DNA of 64,000 nt, from contig CATNEN010000024.1 of NCBI GenBank assembly GCA_950097015.1, positions 434,001-498,000 of the forward strand. Direction: 5' to 3'. Source of the DNA: Macrostomum hystrix (Eukaryota > Animalia > Platyhelminthes). Both the position numbers and the translations under genes were made by a program. Numbering within the stretch: position 1 is the stretch's first letter; every line of letters starts with the position of its first letter. Positions 35,682-47,312 of the stretch are shown one piece after another. The notes under the pieces were generated by a model that was given only the letters and a program-made list of their open reading frames with translations, had not been told where the DNA came from and did not search any database.

Positions 35682-38600
35682 CTAAGATTTTAGCTGGGGT
35701 GTAGTCCGATCTTCCTGTTGGTCCAAATCTAGCAGCGACAGTTCTTGCCGAGGTTCCACTAGTGCCGGCTGATTCTGCTGCTGCTGACGAACTAGTTGTA
35801 ATAATGGATTCTCTTGCGGGCCGGCTGGTGTTTCTAGCAGTATTAGTGGCTGCTCTTCCACTTCCAGCTGCTGGGGTCGCAATAAGTGTAGGTTCAGCAG
35901 ACGCTCCGGCTGCGGCTGCTGCTGCTGTTCCAGGTTCAGCAGACGCTCCGGCTGCGGCTGCTGCTGCTGTTCCAGGTTCAGCAGACGCTCCGGCTGCTGC
36001 TGCTGCTGCTCCAGGTTCAGCAGACGCTCCGGCTGCTGCTGCTGCTGCTCCAGGTTCAGCAGACGCTCCGGCTGCTGCTGCTGCTGCTGTTCCAGGTTCA
36101 GCAGACGCTCCGGCTGCTGCTGCTGCTGCTGTTCCAGGTTCAGCAGACGCTCCGGCTGCTGCTGCTGCTCCAGGTTCAGCAGACGCTCCGGCTCCGGCTG
36201 CTGTTCCAGGTTCAACAGAGGCTCCGGCTGCTGCTGCTGCTGCTCCAGGTTTAATTGAGGTTCCGGCTGCTGTTCCAGGTTTAACAGAGGCTCCGGCTGC
36301 TGCTCCAGGTTTAACTGACGCTCCGGCTGCTGTTCCAGGTTCAACAGAGGCTCCGGCTGCTGCTGCTGCTGCTCCAGGTTTAATTGAGGCTCCGGCTGCT
36401 GTTCCAGGTTCAACAGAGGCTCCGGCTGCTGCTCCAGGTTTAACTGACGCTCCGGCTGCTGTTCCAGGTTCAACAGAGGCTCCGGCTGCGGCTGCTGCTG
36501 CTGCTCCAGGTTTAACTGACGCTCCGGCTGCTGTTCCAGGTTCAACAGAGGCTCCGGCTGCTGTTCCAGGTTCAACAGAGGCTCCGGCTGCGGCTGCTGC
36601 TGCTGCTCCAGGTTTAACTGACGCTCCGGCTGCTGTTCCAGGTTCAACAGAGGCTCCGGCTGCTGCTGCTGCTGCTCCAGGTTTAACTGACGCTCCGGCT
36701 GCTGTTCCAGGTTCAACAGAGGCTCCGGCTGCGGCTGCTGCTGCTGCTCCAGGTTTAACAGAGGCTCTGGATGCTGCTGCTGCTGCTGCTCCAGGTTTAA
36801 CAGAGGCTCTGGATGCTGCTGCTGCTGCTGCTGCTCCAGGTTTAACAGAGGCCCTGGATGCTGCTCTGGCTGTGCAGGCTGCTGTTGCCGCCCATCGAGA
36901 TGAACGACTGGCTCGGGAGGCGGAACTGGAGGATCTAATTCGATCAGCAACCGTTCGGGCTGCTGCAGCTGTTGCATCGGCGGCAACTGCGGAGGCGGCT
37001 GTTGTTGCGGATCGTCGCACAGAAAGTCCTCCTTAGCCTCAATAAAGTACTGTTTAACTTGCAGATAATCGCGCATAGTCTTCGGCAGAGGCAAGCTGTC
37101 AATGTAGTCGCGCCTTGTCCGAGCTAGAATCTCAAAGCGGCAAAGGTGCTGCAGCGAGGTCATGACAGAGAAGCGCGACAGTGGATAGAGCATGGTGACG
37201 CGAATTGGCGGAGTGCCGGGCGTTAGCGAAGACACAAAGTAGTGAAAGTTCTCAGTTGTAGAATACTCAACCGCGCTCTCAATGAATTCAACGATAGTGC
37301 TAGCCGAGTGATTCTCCGGCTGGGACCAGAAGCTGAATTTGCCTGCAAATTAAACAGCATTGCAAATTTTATACCGCGAAGAACGAAAAAGACACCTTAC
37401 CTAGTTGGGCCAGATGAACAAGATCAAATTGGTCACTGTTATCAATGGGTCAGTGTTATCAATCGGTCAGAGGTATCAATGGGTCAGTCTTATCAATCGG
37501 TCAGTCTTATCAATCGGTCAGTCTTATCAATCGGTCAGAGGTATCAATCGGTCAGAGGTATCAATCGGTCAGTGTTATCAATGGGTCAGTGTTATCAATG
37601 GGTCAGTGTTATCAATCGGTCAGTGTTATCAATGGGTCAGTCTTATCAATCGGCCAGAGGTATCAATCGGTCAGTGTTATCAATGGGTTCGTGTTATCAA
37701 TCGGTCAGTCTTATCAATCGGCCAGAGGTATCAATCGGTCAGTGTAATCAATCGGTCAGAGGTATCAATGGGTCAGTGTTATCAATGGGTTCGTGTTATC
37801 AATCGGTCAGTCTTATCAATCGGCCAGAGGTATCAATCGGTCAGTGTTATCAATCGGTCAGAGGTATCAATCGGTCAGTGGTATCAATCGGTCAGTGATA
37901 TCAATCGGTCAGAGGTATCAATCGGTCAGTGTTATCAATCGGTCAGTGTTATCAATCGGTCAGAGGTATCAATCGGTCAGAGGTATCAATCGGTCAGTCT
38001 TTATCAATCAGTCAGTGTTATCAATCAGTCAGTGTTATCAATCGGTCAGTGTTATCAATGGACGAGTGTTATCAATCGGTCAGTGTTATCAATCGGTCAG
38101 AGGTATCAATCGGTCAGTGTTATCAATCGGTCAGAGGTATCAATGGGCCAGTCTTATCAATCGGTCAGTCTTATCAATCGGTCAGTGTTATCAATGGGTC
38201 AGTGTTATCAATGGGTCAGTCTTATCAATCGGTCAGAGGTATCAATCGGTCAGAGGTATCAATCGGTCAGTGTTATCAATGGGTCCGTGTTATCAATGGG
38301 TCAGTGTTATCAATCGGTCAGTGTTATTAATCGGTCAGAGGTATCAATCAGTCAGTGTTATCAATCGGTCAGTGTTATCAATCGGTCAGTGTTATCAATC
38401 AGTCAGTGTTATCAATCGGTCAGTGTTATCAATGGACGAGTGTTATCAATCGGTCAGTGTTATCAATCGGTCAGAGGTATCAATCGGTCAGTGTTATCAA
38501 TCCGTCAGAGGTATCAATGGGCCAGTCTTATCAATCGGTCAGTCTTATCAATCGGTCAGTGTAATCAATGGGTCAGTGTTATCAATCGGTCAGTGTTATC

Positions 38601-40013
38601 AATCGGTCAGTGTTATTAATCGGTCAGAGGTATCAATCGGTCAGTGTTATCAATCGGTCAGTGTTATTAATCGGTCAGAGGTATCAATCGGTCAGAGGTA
38701 TCAATCGGTCAGTGTTATCAATGGGTCAGTGTTATTAATCGGTCAGTGTTATCAATGGGTCAGTCTTATCAATCGGTCAGAGGTATCAATCGGTCAGTGT
38801 TATCAATGGGTCAGTCTTATCAATCGGTCAGAGGTATCAATCGGTCAGAGGTATCAATCGGTCAGTGTTATCAATCGGTCAGTCTTATCAATCGGCCAGA
38901 GGTATCAATCGGCCAGAGGTATCAATCGGTCAGTGTTATCAATCGGCCAGAGGTATCAATCGGTCAGTGTTATCAATCGGTCAGAGGTATCAATCGGTCA
39001 GTGTTATCAATCGGTCAGTCTTATCAATCGGCCAGAGGTATCAATCGGTCAGTGTTATCAATCGGTCAGAGGTATCAATCGGTCAGTGTTATCAATCGGT
39101 CAGTGTTATCAATCGGTCAGAGGTATCAATCGGTCAGTCTTTATCAATCAGTCAGTCTTATCAATCGGTCAGAGGTATCAATCGGTCAGAGATATCAATC
39201 GGTCAGTGTTATCAATCGGTCAGAGGTATCAATCGGTCAGTCTTTATTAATCAGTCAGTCTTATCAATCGTTCAGAGGTATCAATCGGTCAGAGATATCA
39301 ATCGGTCAGTGTTATTAATCGGTCAGTGTTATCAATCGGTCAGTCTTATCAATGGGTCAGAGGTATCAATCGGTTAGTGTTATCAATCGGTCAGAGGTAT
39401 CAATGGGTCAGTGCTACAATTGTGCCAGGGCCATAATTAAGCCTTTATAATCTTTATGATCGTTAAAAATTTCGTAGGTAACCATTTAAAAAAATGCAGG
39501 ATTTTCCCTATAAACTGTCCTATTTCGAGTGACAAATCTAGATGACTCACACGGTACAATGTGACAAAGTACACAATTGACAATTTGACAAGGCCTAACA
39601 CTACATATATTTATGGTTCTAACTGATTCTTTTGAATCTCGACCCCTTAAAGCCCCTGCTACAACAGCCAACCCCAACGCACGCCGAGCTATCTACAATT
39701 TATCTAGACCATTGGAGAGGAATAGGGAAAAATAGGGGGCTGCGGTTTTGTGGTTTTCAGGTCCAACTACCATGGACGGCGGCAGCGGCGGCGGCAGGAG
39801 CGGGGTGGCGACTGCGAATTCGGTAGCGGCTGAACTGGTGGAGAATGAGAGAGAGAGAGGGAGGGAGAGGGAGAGGGATTGGGAGCTCTGCTGCCACTCT
39901 GTTTTCGGATGCAACTAGCTGGAAGCTCCATCCCTAAGCAATAACGATTCTAGCTAGCTAGCTAGCAATGACAGACTAGCTGGCAAGGACTGCCAGTTCA
40001 AATCGCTCTGTCC

Positions 40014-40047
<34 letters not shown>

Positions 40048-43000
40048 CACAAGTTCTCCCTCTCATTGATAGAGGGAAAGAAAATCGTGCGCACTTCACT
40101 CAGAAGAGAAATGGCGAATAAATTATTAGTTGGCACGTTGCCAAAACCGCGGCTACTAGGGAGCGGAGAGCCAGATAGAAGGGCAAAATGAAAGATAGGG
40201 ATAGGAAGGACAAGGAAGACTTTGCATGGCAGCATAGCAGGTCACACGGGCGGCGTGAGGGGAGAGAGTAGTGGAACGACTAGAAAGTACAGCTCAGCCT
40301 ACTTTGAGGGTGGGGGTTCAGATTGCACAAGGACTATCCCTGTTGGGTACAGTGGAAGAGTGGAAATAGGTGCTTGGCAAGGACGCTGCAAGGAGTGTGG
40401 AGTGGGGAGAGAAAGGCTCCCACCTCAACCGCCTCAGCAGCCGGGCCGCTCAGAAATCTGGGAAGGGAGGGGGGAAGTGAGTGCGGCCAAGTTGGCAAAC
40501 TGCCAAAAATGAAGGAAATTCCTTGCTACTAGTTCACGCTAAGGCTGTTTAGAAACAGTCTACTAGCAATGATCTGGGCGAATGCACGGTGTAGCGGGGC
40601 AGGGAGAGGCATATGCAGTAGTAGCCTTAAACTAAATAAAACTAACCAGTTAACCCATTCAAACCGAATTAGATCGATGACAGCCATTCGTATAAATACT
40701 CGCGGCTTAAAAAGTTTTGAAATCGATCATTTCCGGTGTGTTAATGGAGATAGATAATTGATTAATACTTTGAAAATACAACGAAATATATAAAAAAGGA
40801 CAGTAAAAAAGCGCGTAAGAAAATTTAGATTTACTAGACTAGGCTGAGAATTTGTTTCCTGATTCCGTTAAGTTAGCCTGGTAGAACCCGCAGACAAGAT
40901 GCTTGTCGCGCACCTTAAAGCTGTCATTTTTTCCTTTTTAAGTTTACTTGTCAAGGCTAAGAGAAGGATGTTCATGAAGAAAGCAAGCAGCTATATTCTT
41001 ATTACAGGTATAAGTCTATAGGAAGTGAATCAATCTTCTCTAGCCAACCACCCGTTGTTGTTACCTCCGGCCTCAACCTTCACAGAACAGACTAGACGAT
41101 CTGAAAACTAGCTAACTAGTAGACTATATGCTAATTAAATAACATAGGAAACTTGCGTTCGACTAGATACTTGGACATATACTTGAATTTCCATTTGAAA
41201 TTCCAGACGTAAGATCTAGTCATTACAAATCTTAATTACAAAAGATTTCCATTTTAATTTTGGTCATAAAATCTAGTCATTTTGAATCTTTGATCACTAA
41301 GATTTCTTTTAGAATTTCTGGTCATAAGATCTAGTCATTTTGTAGCTCTAATCACTAAGATTTCCTTTAGAATTTCCGGTCATAAGATCTAGTCACTTTG
41401 TAGCTCAAATCACTAAGATTTCCATTACAATTTCCGGTCATAAGATCTAGTCATTTTGTAGCTCAAATCACTAAGATTTCCTTTAGAATTTCCGGTCATA
41501 AGATCTAGTCATTTTGTAGCTCAAATCACTAAGATTTCCATTAGAATTTCCGGTCATAAGATCTAGTCATTTTGTAGCTCAAATCACTAAGATTTCCATT
41601 AGAATTTCCGGTCATAGGATCTAGTCATTTTGTAGCTCAAATCACTAAGATTTCCATTAGAATTTCCGGTCATAAGATCTAGTCATTTTGTAGCTCAAAT
41701 CACTAAGATTTCCATTACAATTTCCGGTCATAAGATCTAGTCATTTTGTAGCTCAAATCACTAAGATTTCCATTACAATTTCCGGTAATAAGATCTAGTC
41801 ATTTTGTAGCTCAAATCACTAAGATTTCCATTACAATTTTCGGTCATAAGATCTAGTCATTTTGTAGCTCAAATCACTAAGATTTCCATTAGAATTTCCG
41901 GTCATAAGATCTAGTCATTTTGTAGCTCAAATCACTAAGATTTCCATTAGAATTTCCGGTCATAAAATCTAGTCATTTTGTAGCTCAAATCACTAAGATT
42001 TCCATTATAATTTCCGGTCATAAGATCTAGTCATTTTGTAGCTCAAATCACTAAGATTTCCTTTAGAATTTTCGGTCATAAGATCTAGTCATTTTGTAGC
42101 TCTAATCACTAAGATTTCCATTAGAATTTCCGGTCATAAGATCTAGTCATTTTGTAGCTCAAATCACTAAGATTTCCTTTAGAATTTCCGGTCATAAGAT
42201 CTAGTCATTTTGTAGCTTTAATCACTAAGATTTCCATTATAATTTCCGGTCATAAGATCTAGTCATTTTGTAGCTCAAATCACTAAGATTTCCATTATAA
42301 TTTCCGGTCATAAAATCTAGTCATTTTGAATCTTTGATCACTAAGATTTCTTTTAGAATTTCCGGTCATAAGATCTAGTCATTTTGTAGCTTTAATCATT
42401 AAGATTTCCATTAGAATTTCCGGTCATAAAATCTAGTCATTTTGTAGCTCTAATCACTAAGATTTCCATTAGAATTTCTGGTCATAAGAACTAGTCATTT
42501 TGTAACATTAATCACTAAGATTTTCTTTTTTATTTCCAGTCATAAGATCTAGTCATTTTGTAGCATTAATCACTAAGATTTTCTTTTTTATTTCCAGTCA
42601 TAAGATCTGATCATTTATTTTTTATCACTTAGATATCATATATGATATTTTCTTTAACCAACTTACATTTAAAGTTCGTGATTACTAATCGTTTTAAAAT
42701 TTATTAGCCACTAAGGTTACCTTATCGAGCCTTACCTAGCCACTAAACTAACTTTTGCCATTTTAGCGTACAGTAATAAATATATAAATAATACATTATT
42801 CAGTTTTTCTATAATTCGTAATAACCAAGATTCGTAGTCCTATGGTGACTAATACCGATATTTCCCATAACGGTGACTCACCTTTGTTATGCTCAATCCT
42901 GGTGTGATAAGTCTGGCCCCTCGCTCTAAAGCTCAGGCTGACTATGTAAGCTTCGTGGCCGGAGTCGCGAACCAGGAAGGTGCCGTCAGGCCTATTATTG

Positions 43001-46000
43001 AGCATCTCCTCGGCGTCTGAACAGCTCAGCGGACCGAAGTACCACGGCTTCTGTTAGGAATAAAGTGGCTGAATGCTAATTACTTCTGCTAACTCAGCGA
43101 CTCATCAGTTAATCCCTATCGAGTCAATTAGTGAATCATCAGTTAATCCCTATCGAGTCATTCAGTGAATCATCAGTTAATCCCTATCGAGCCTTTCAGT
43201 GAATCATCAGTTAATCCCTATCGAGTCATTCAGTGAATCATCAGTTAATCCCTATCGAGTCATTCAGTGAATCATCAGTTAATCCCTATCGAGTCATTCA
43301 GTGAATCATCAGTTAATCCCTATCGAGCCTTTCAGTGAATCATCAGTTAATCCCTATCGAGTCATTCAGTGAATCATTAGTTAATCCCTATCGAGTCATT
43401 CAGTGAATCATCAGTTAATCCCTATCGAGTCATTCAGTGAATCATCAGTTAATCCCTATCGAGCCTTTCAGTGAATCAGCAGTTAATCCCTATCGAGTCA
43501 TTCAGTGAATCATCAGTTAATCCCTATCGAGTCATTCAGTGAATCATCCGTTAATCCCTATCTAGTCATTCAGTGAATCATCAGTTAATCCCTATCGAGC
43601 CATTTAGTGAATCATCAGTTAATCCCTATCGAGTCATTCAGTGAATCAGCAGTTAATCCCTATCGAGTCATTCAGTGAATCATCAGTTAATCCCTATCGA
43701 TTCATTCAGTGAATCATCCGTTAATCCCTATCTAGTCATTCAGTGAATCATCAGTTAATCCCTATCGAGCCATTCAGTGAATCATCAGTTAATCCCTATC
43801 GAGCCTTTCAGTGAATCATCAGTTAATCCCTATCGAGTCATTCAGTGAATCAGCAGTTAATCCCTATCGAGTCATTCAGTGAATCATCAGTTAATCCCTA
43901 TCGATTCATTCAGTGAATCATCCGTTAATCCCTATCTAGTCATTCAGTGAATCATCAGTTAATCCCTATCGAGCCATTCAGTGAATCATCAGTTAATCCC
44001 TATCGAGCCTTTCAGTGAATCATCAGTTAATCCCTATCGAGTCATTCAGTGAATCATCAGTTAATCCCTATCGAGTCATTCAGTGAATCATCAGTTAATC
44101 CCTATCGAGTCATTCAGGGAATCATCAGTTAATCCCTATCGAGCCTTTCAGTGAATCATTAGTTAATCCCTATCGAGCCTTTCAGTGAATCATCAGTTAA
44201 TCCCTATCGAGTCATTCAGTGAATCATCAGTTAATCCCTATCGAGCCTTTCAGTGAATCATCAGTTAATCCCTATCGAGCCTTTCAGTGAATCATTAGTT
44301 AATCCCTATCGAGCCTTTCAGTGAATCATCAGTTAATCCCTATCGAGTCATTCAGTGAATCATCATTTAATCCCTATCGAGTCATTCAGTGAATCATCAG
44401 TTAATCCCTATCGAGTCATTCAGGGAATCATCAGTTAATCCCTATCTAGTCATTCAGGGAATCATCAGTTAATCCCTATCGAGTCATTCAGTGAATCAGC
44501 AGTTAATCCCTATCGAGTCATTCAGGGAATCATCAGTTAATCCCTATCTAGTCATTTAGTAAATCAGCAGTTAATAATATCTAGTCATTTACGAGGGGCA
44601 CTACAAAAGTTTTTAGCCACGTCTAAACGGAAACAGCTATGAAGCTGGAATTTTCACAGCTTCTCAAAGTATTCTCCACCAGCCTGGATGCAGCGCCTCA
44701 TCCTCTCAAACCAGTTGACGAAGCAGTGGTGCCACTCAGAAGTCGACACCCCTTCCACCATCTCGTCGAATGCATCAGCAGCCTCCTCTGCAGTCGAAAA
44801 TCGGCGACCACGTAGCGAGTCTTTGACTTTAGGGAACAAAAAAAAGTCACACGGTGCCAGATCAGGCGAATATGGCGGGTGACTGGTCAGCTGCAGTCCC
44901 TGAGTCTGCAGGAACTGCCGTGTTGCCTGAGCCGTGTGAGCGCTCGCGTTGTCCTGATGCAGCGTCAGGCCTCGGACACCTGACTTCGGACGCATCCTAC
45001 TCAGGCTGTGAATGACCTGCGGCAAGCAGACGCTGGTATACCAGGCCGCAGTCACCGTGCGCTGCTCCAGCAGCCGCACAGTCGCCACGTGACCTGAGCG
45101 ACGGAAAAAAGTCGCGACCATTTGCTTGCCGGTGCTCCTGCCCCGCACGACCTTCGTTGGCGGAACCTCATCTGGAAACGCCCACACCTGCGACTGGCAC
45201 TTGCGCTCTGGCTCGTAGCAGTAAACCCAAGTCTCGTCGCATGTCACGATGTCGGCGACCGCCTTAGACGCTCCATCGCTGTACTTCTGCAGCATCTGGC
45301 GGCACCAGTCGACCCTGGCCTGCTTTTGCTCAGGCTTCAGCAGGTGGGGCACCCAACGGCTGGTCAGCTTGCGCAAGCCGATGTGGTCGTGGAGAATTTT
45401 GGCAATGGCCGGCGAATGGATACCCAGGGATGCCTCGATCTCCTTGTAGGTTATCCGCCGGTCAGCTTCTACCAGCTGGCGGACACGAGCCACTGTTTCT
45501 GGTGTCGTGGCAGTGGAAGGTCGACCCGTCCGCTCCTCGTCTTCCAACGAGTCTCGGCCACGACTAAACTCGCGGAACCAGTTTCTGACAGTCGCAAGTG
45601 ATGGAGCAGCTTCTGGGAAAGCCGCTGACAACCTTTCGTGGCACTGGCGGCAATCAAGGCCGCTGCGATAGTCATAGAAGATCATGGCACGAAAGTGCTC
45701 GCGATTCAGTTCCATGAGCTCAGCTGGAAAGTGGGCAGAGGTGCTGAAGTTATCTGGCTCTAGCGGCTAAATGCTGCGAGATATTTGCGTGAAATTTTAT
45801 TCATCATGGTCATATATATTGTCCTGTAAGCCTGTGAAAAATTAATCTGATAGGACAAACAGCTGAGGTCTAGCTAAAAACTTTCGTAGTGCCCCTCGTA
45901 GCGAATCGACAAATCACAAATTCAGCCACGCAAAGATACAAGAAGATAGCTCACCCTCTTTAGTTGACTGAGGTTCTCCAGAAAGGTAACAGTAAGCTTA

Positions 46001-47312
46001 TTCTGCGCCGCTCTTGATGAGCGCGGCGGCAGCGTTGGTGGAACGGTTGGTGGCGCAGCCGCGGCTTGTCTGATGCGTGCAGCATCCGTAGTGCTGTGAG
46101 CAACTGGCAATGGATGAATCCGACCACTGTTGGAACTCGACGAGCCAGCACCGGCTGCTGTTGCCCGCAAATGGACCGGGCTGACGCGGGAGCGAAAAGC
46201 GGAAGACGATGCCGCGGGAGCGGCCGCTGAGGCTGCGGCGGCGAAACGAGACGGCGTATCGGCAGCCGACGACATCTGATGGGAGTGCGGCGGCTGTACT
46301 TGCTGCTGCTCTTGCGCAACACGCCTGGAACCGGCGTCTAGCGAGAGATCCCGACCTCCAGGCCGGCGTCTTGGAGTTAACGGAGGAGGCTGCGCATCAA
46401 CTGACAGAGCAGCCGCTTGTACATGAGCTTGCTGCTGGCTGCTGCGATTGGCGACTTGCCGTGCTATGGTTGCTATGGACAATATTTTCCGCTTCCCTAG
46501 CAACCTGTTGCTGATGAAGACTGCCCAGTTGGCGGCTTGCCCCAATGAAAGAAGCGATGGAACACACTTTTCTTGCCAGTTTTAGAACTCGAGGGCCGAG
46601 GTGGAGGCGCCGAATGAGAGGTGGCCGCTGCTGCGACAGTAGCTACTGCGACTGCCGATTGGACAGCAGGAGGCGAAGCTAGCAACGTCGAAGTGACGTG
46701 ATGAGCTGGCGATAGAGTCGCCACTGAAAGTGGAAGCGAATCACCTGGCTGCTGCTGCTGAGCAGCGGTAACATCAAACGGCACAGGAGACGAAGGACTA
46801 GTTCGATTAGCCACCGTCGGCTGATAAATATTGCCTCGCGCCCTGCCGTGGGATTGGCTGCGCTGCTTAGCAACCAGTGGGCCGTCGCCAACCGAGGAAG
46901 CCGCAGCCGCTCCGCTCGAGGCTCCTGGCTTGTGACGTCGTCGTTTAGCCTGCTGAGCGGCCTGCATGAGTTGCTGGGCTGTGCGCATAGTGATTGGAGC
47001 CACCGGGCTGTGATGACCGACAGCGCAGGCTCCAACAGGCGGTATGTGATTCACCGGGCTATAGTTTCGCCTGGCCTTATCCACAGCCACGGCGGCTACA
47101 ACAGCCGCTGCGGCGGCAGCCGCCGCCACTGCCGAATCACCGCCGTCAGGTTCGATGCATTTAAAATCTACAAAGGCGTCTGACGCCTTGCTATGCAACG
47201 GGCAAGAGGCGGCGCGCGGTGGCGGAGGCGTCTTTGATGGCCTGTTCTGCCTGACCGGCAGCGCCGGGGGCGAGGCCAGTCGGCCGCCCCTGAGGTGCTG
47301 CTTACCAGTCAT
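35682..47312 (-). CDS. SOCS7: Suppressor of cytokine signalling, SOCS6/7-like (low-complexity N-terminus, SH2, SOCS box, long repeat tail)
   Basis: Exons about 46541-47312, 45955-46496, 42882-43050 (KPWYFGPLSCSDAEEMLNNRPDGTFLVRDSG..HTRIEHNK) and 35682-37342 (GKFSFW..VEFIE..PPIRVTMLYPLSRFSVMTSLQHLCRFEI..LPLPKTMRDYL). Phases fit at 45955>43050 and 42882>37342. SOCS6 versus SOCS7 assignment is tentative. Confidence 0.85.
35880..36850 (-). repeat. Coding minisatellite encoding (Q)nPE(R/P)LLNLE units
   Basis: CTGAACCTGGAGCAGCAG.. units, in frame within the last SOCS exon. Confidence 0.9.
37436..39412. repeat. 17-bp minisatellite TATCAATCGGTCAG(TGT/AGG/TCT)
   Basis: Continuous tandem array in a SOCS intron. 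Confidence 0.97.
41205..42610. repeat. 58-bp minisatellite (CATAAGATCTAGTCATTTTGTAGCTCAAATCACTAAGATTTCCATTAGAATTTCCGGT)
   Basis: Period of 58 confirmed between 41461 and 41519; about 24 copies. Confidence 0.96.
43100..44589. repeat. 34-bp minisatellite TCATCAGTTAATCCCTATCGAGTCATTCAGTGAA
   Basis: Continuous array ending at the mariner insertion site. Confidence 0.97.
44592..45898 (-). mobile_element. Full-length mariner (DD34D) DNA transposon, probably irritans-like
   Basis: 26-bp TIRs CGAGGGGCACTAC(A/G)AAAGTTTTTAGC with one mismatch; TA on both sides (44590-44591, 45899-45900); 1307 bp. Confidence 0.96.
44654..45715 (-). CDS. Mariner transposase, intact 353 aa
   Basis: WVPHLL, TCDETW, HQDNASAH and HPPYSPDLAPCDFFLF; 34 residues between the second and third Asp; uninterrupted ORF. 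Confidence 0.97.
   Translation of the reverse strand: MELNREHFRAMIFYDYRSGLDCRQCHERLSAAFPEAAPSLATVRNWFREFSRGRDSLEDEERTGRPSTATTPETVARVRQLVEADRRITYKEIEASLGIHSPAIAKILHDHIGLRKLTSRWVPHLLKPEQKQARVDWCRQMLQKYSDGASKAVADIVTCDETWVYCYEPERKCQSQVWAFPDEVPPTKVVRGRSTGKQMVATFFRRSGHVATVRLLEQRTVTAAWYTSVCLPQVIHSLSRMRPKSGVRGLTLHQDNASAHTAQATRQFLQTQGLQLTSHPPYSPDLAPCDFFLFPKVKDSLRGRRFSTAEEAADAFDEMVEGVSTSEWHHCFVNWFERMRRCIQAGGEYFEKL

Noticed and set aside
35599-37036. Ala/Pro/Gly-rich ORFs in other frames and on the opposite strand of the SOCS tail
   Set aside because: Shadows of a CAG/CTG-rich coding repeat; only the Q-rich frame is continuous with the SOCS box.
37401-37435. 35-nt pseudo-exon with a strong GTAAGG donor in a SOCS intron
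   Set aside because: Not a multiple of three and ends in an in-frame TAG; at most a poison exon, with no support.
32340-44589. 34-bp and 58-bp arrays resembling CRISPR repeats in length
   Set aside because: Head-to-tail copies with no unique spacers, no cas genes and a eukaryotic intronic context.
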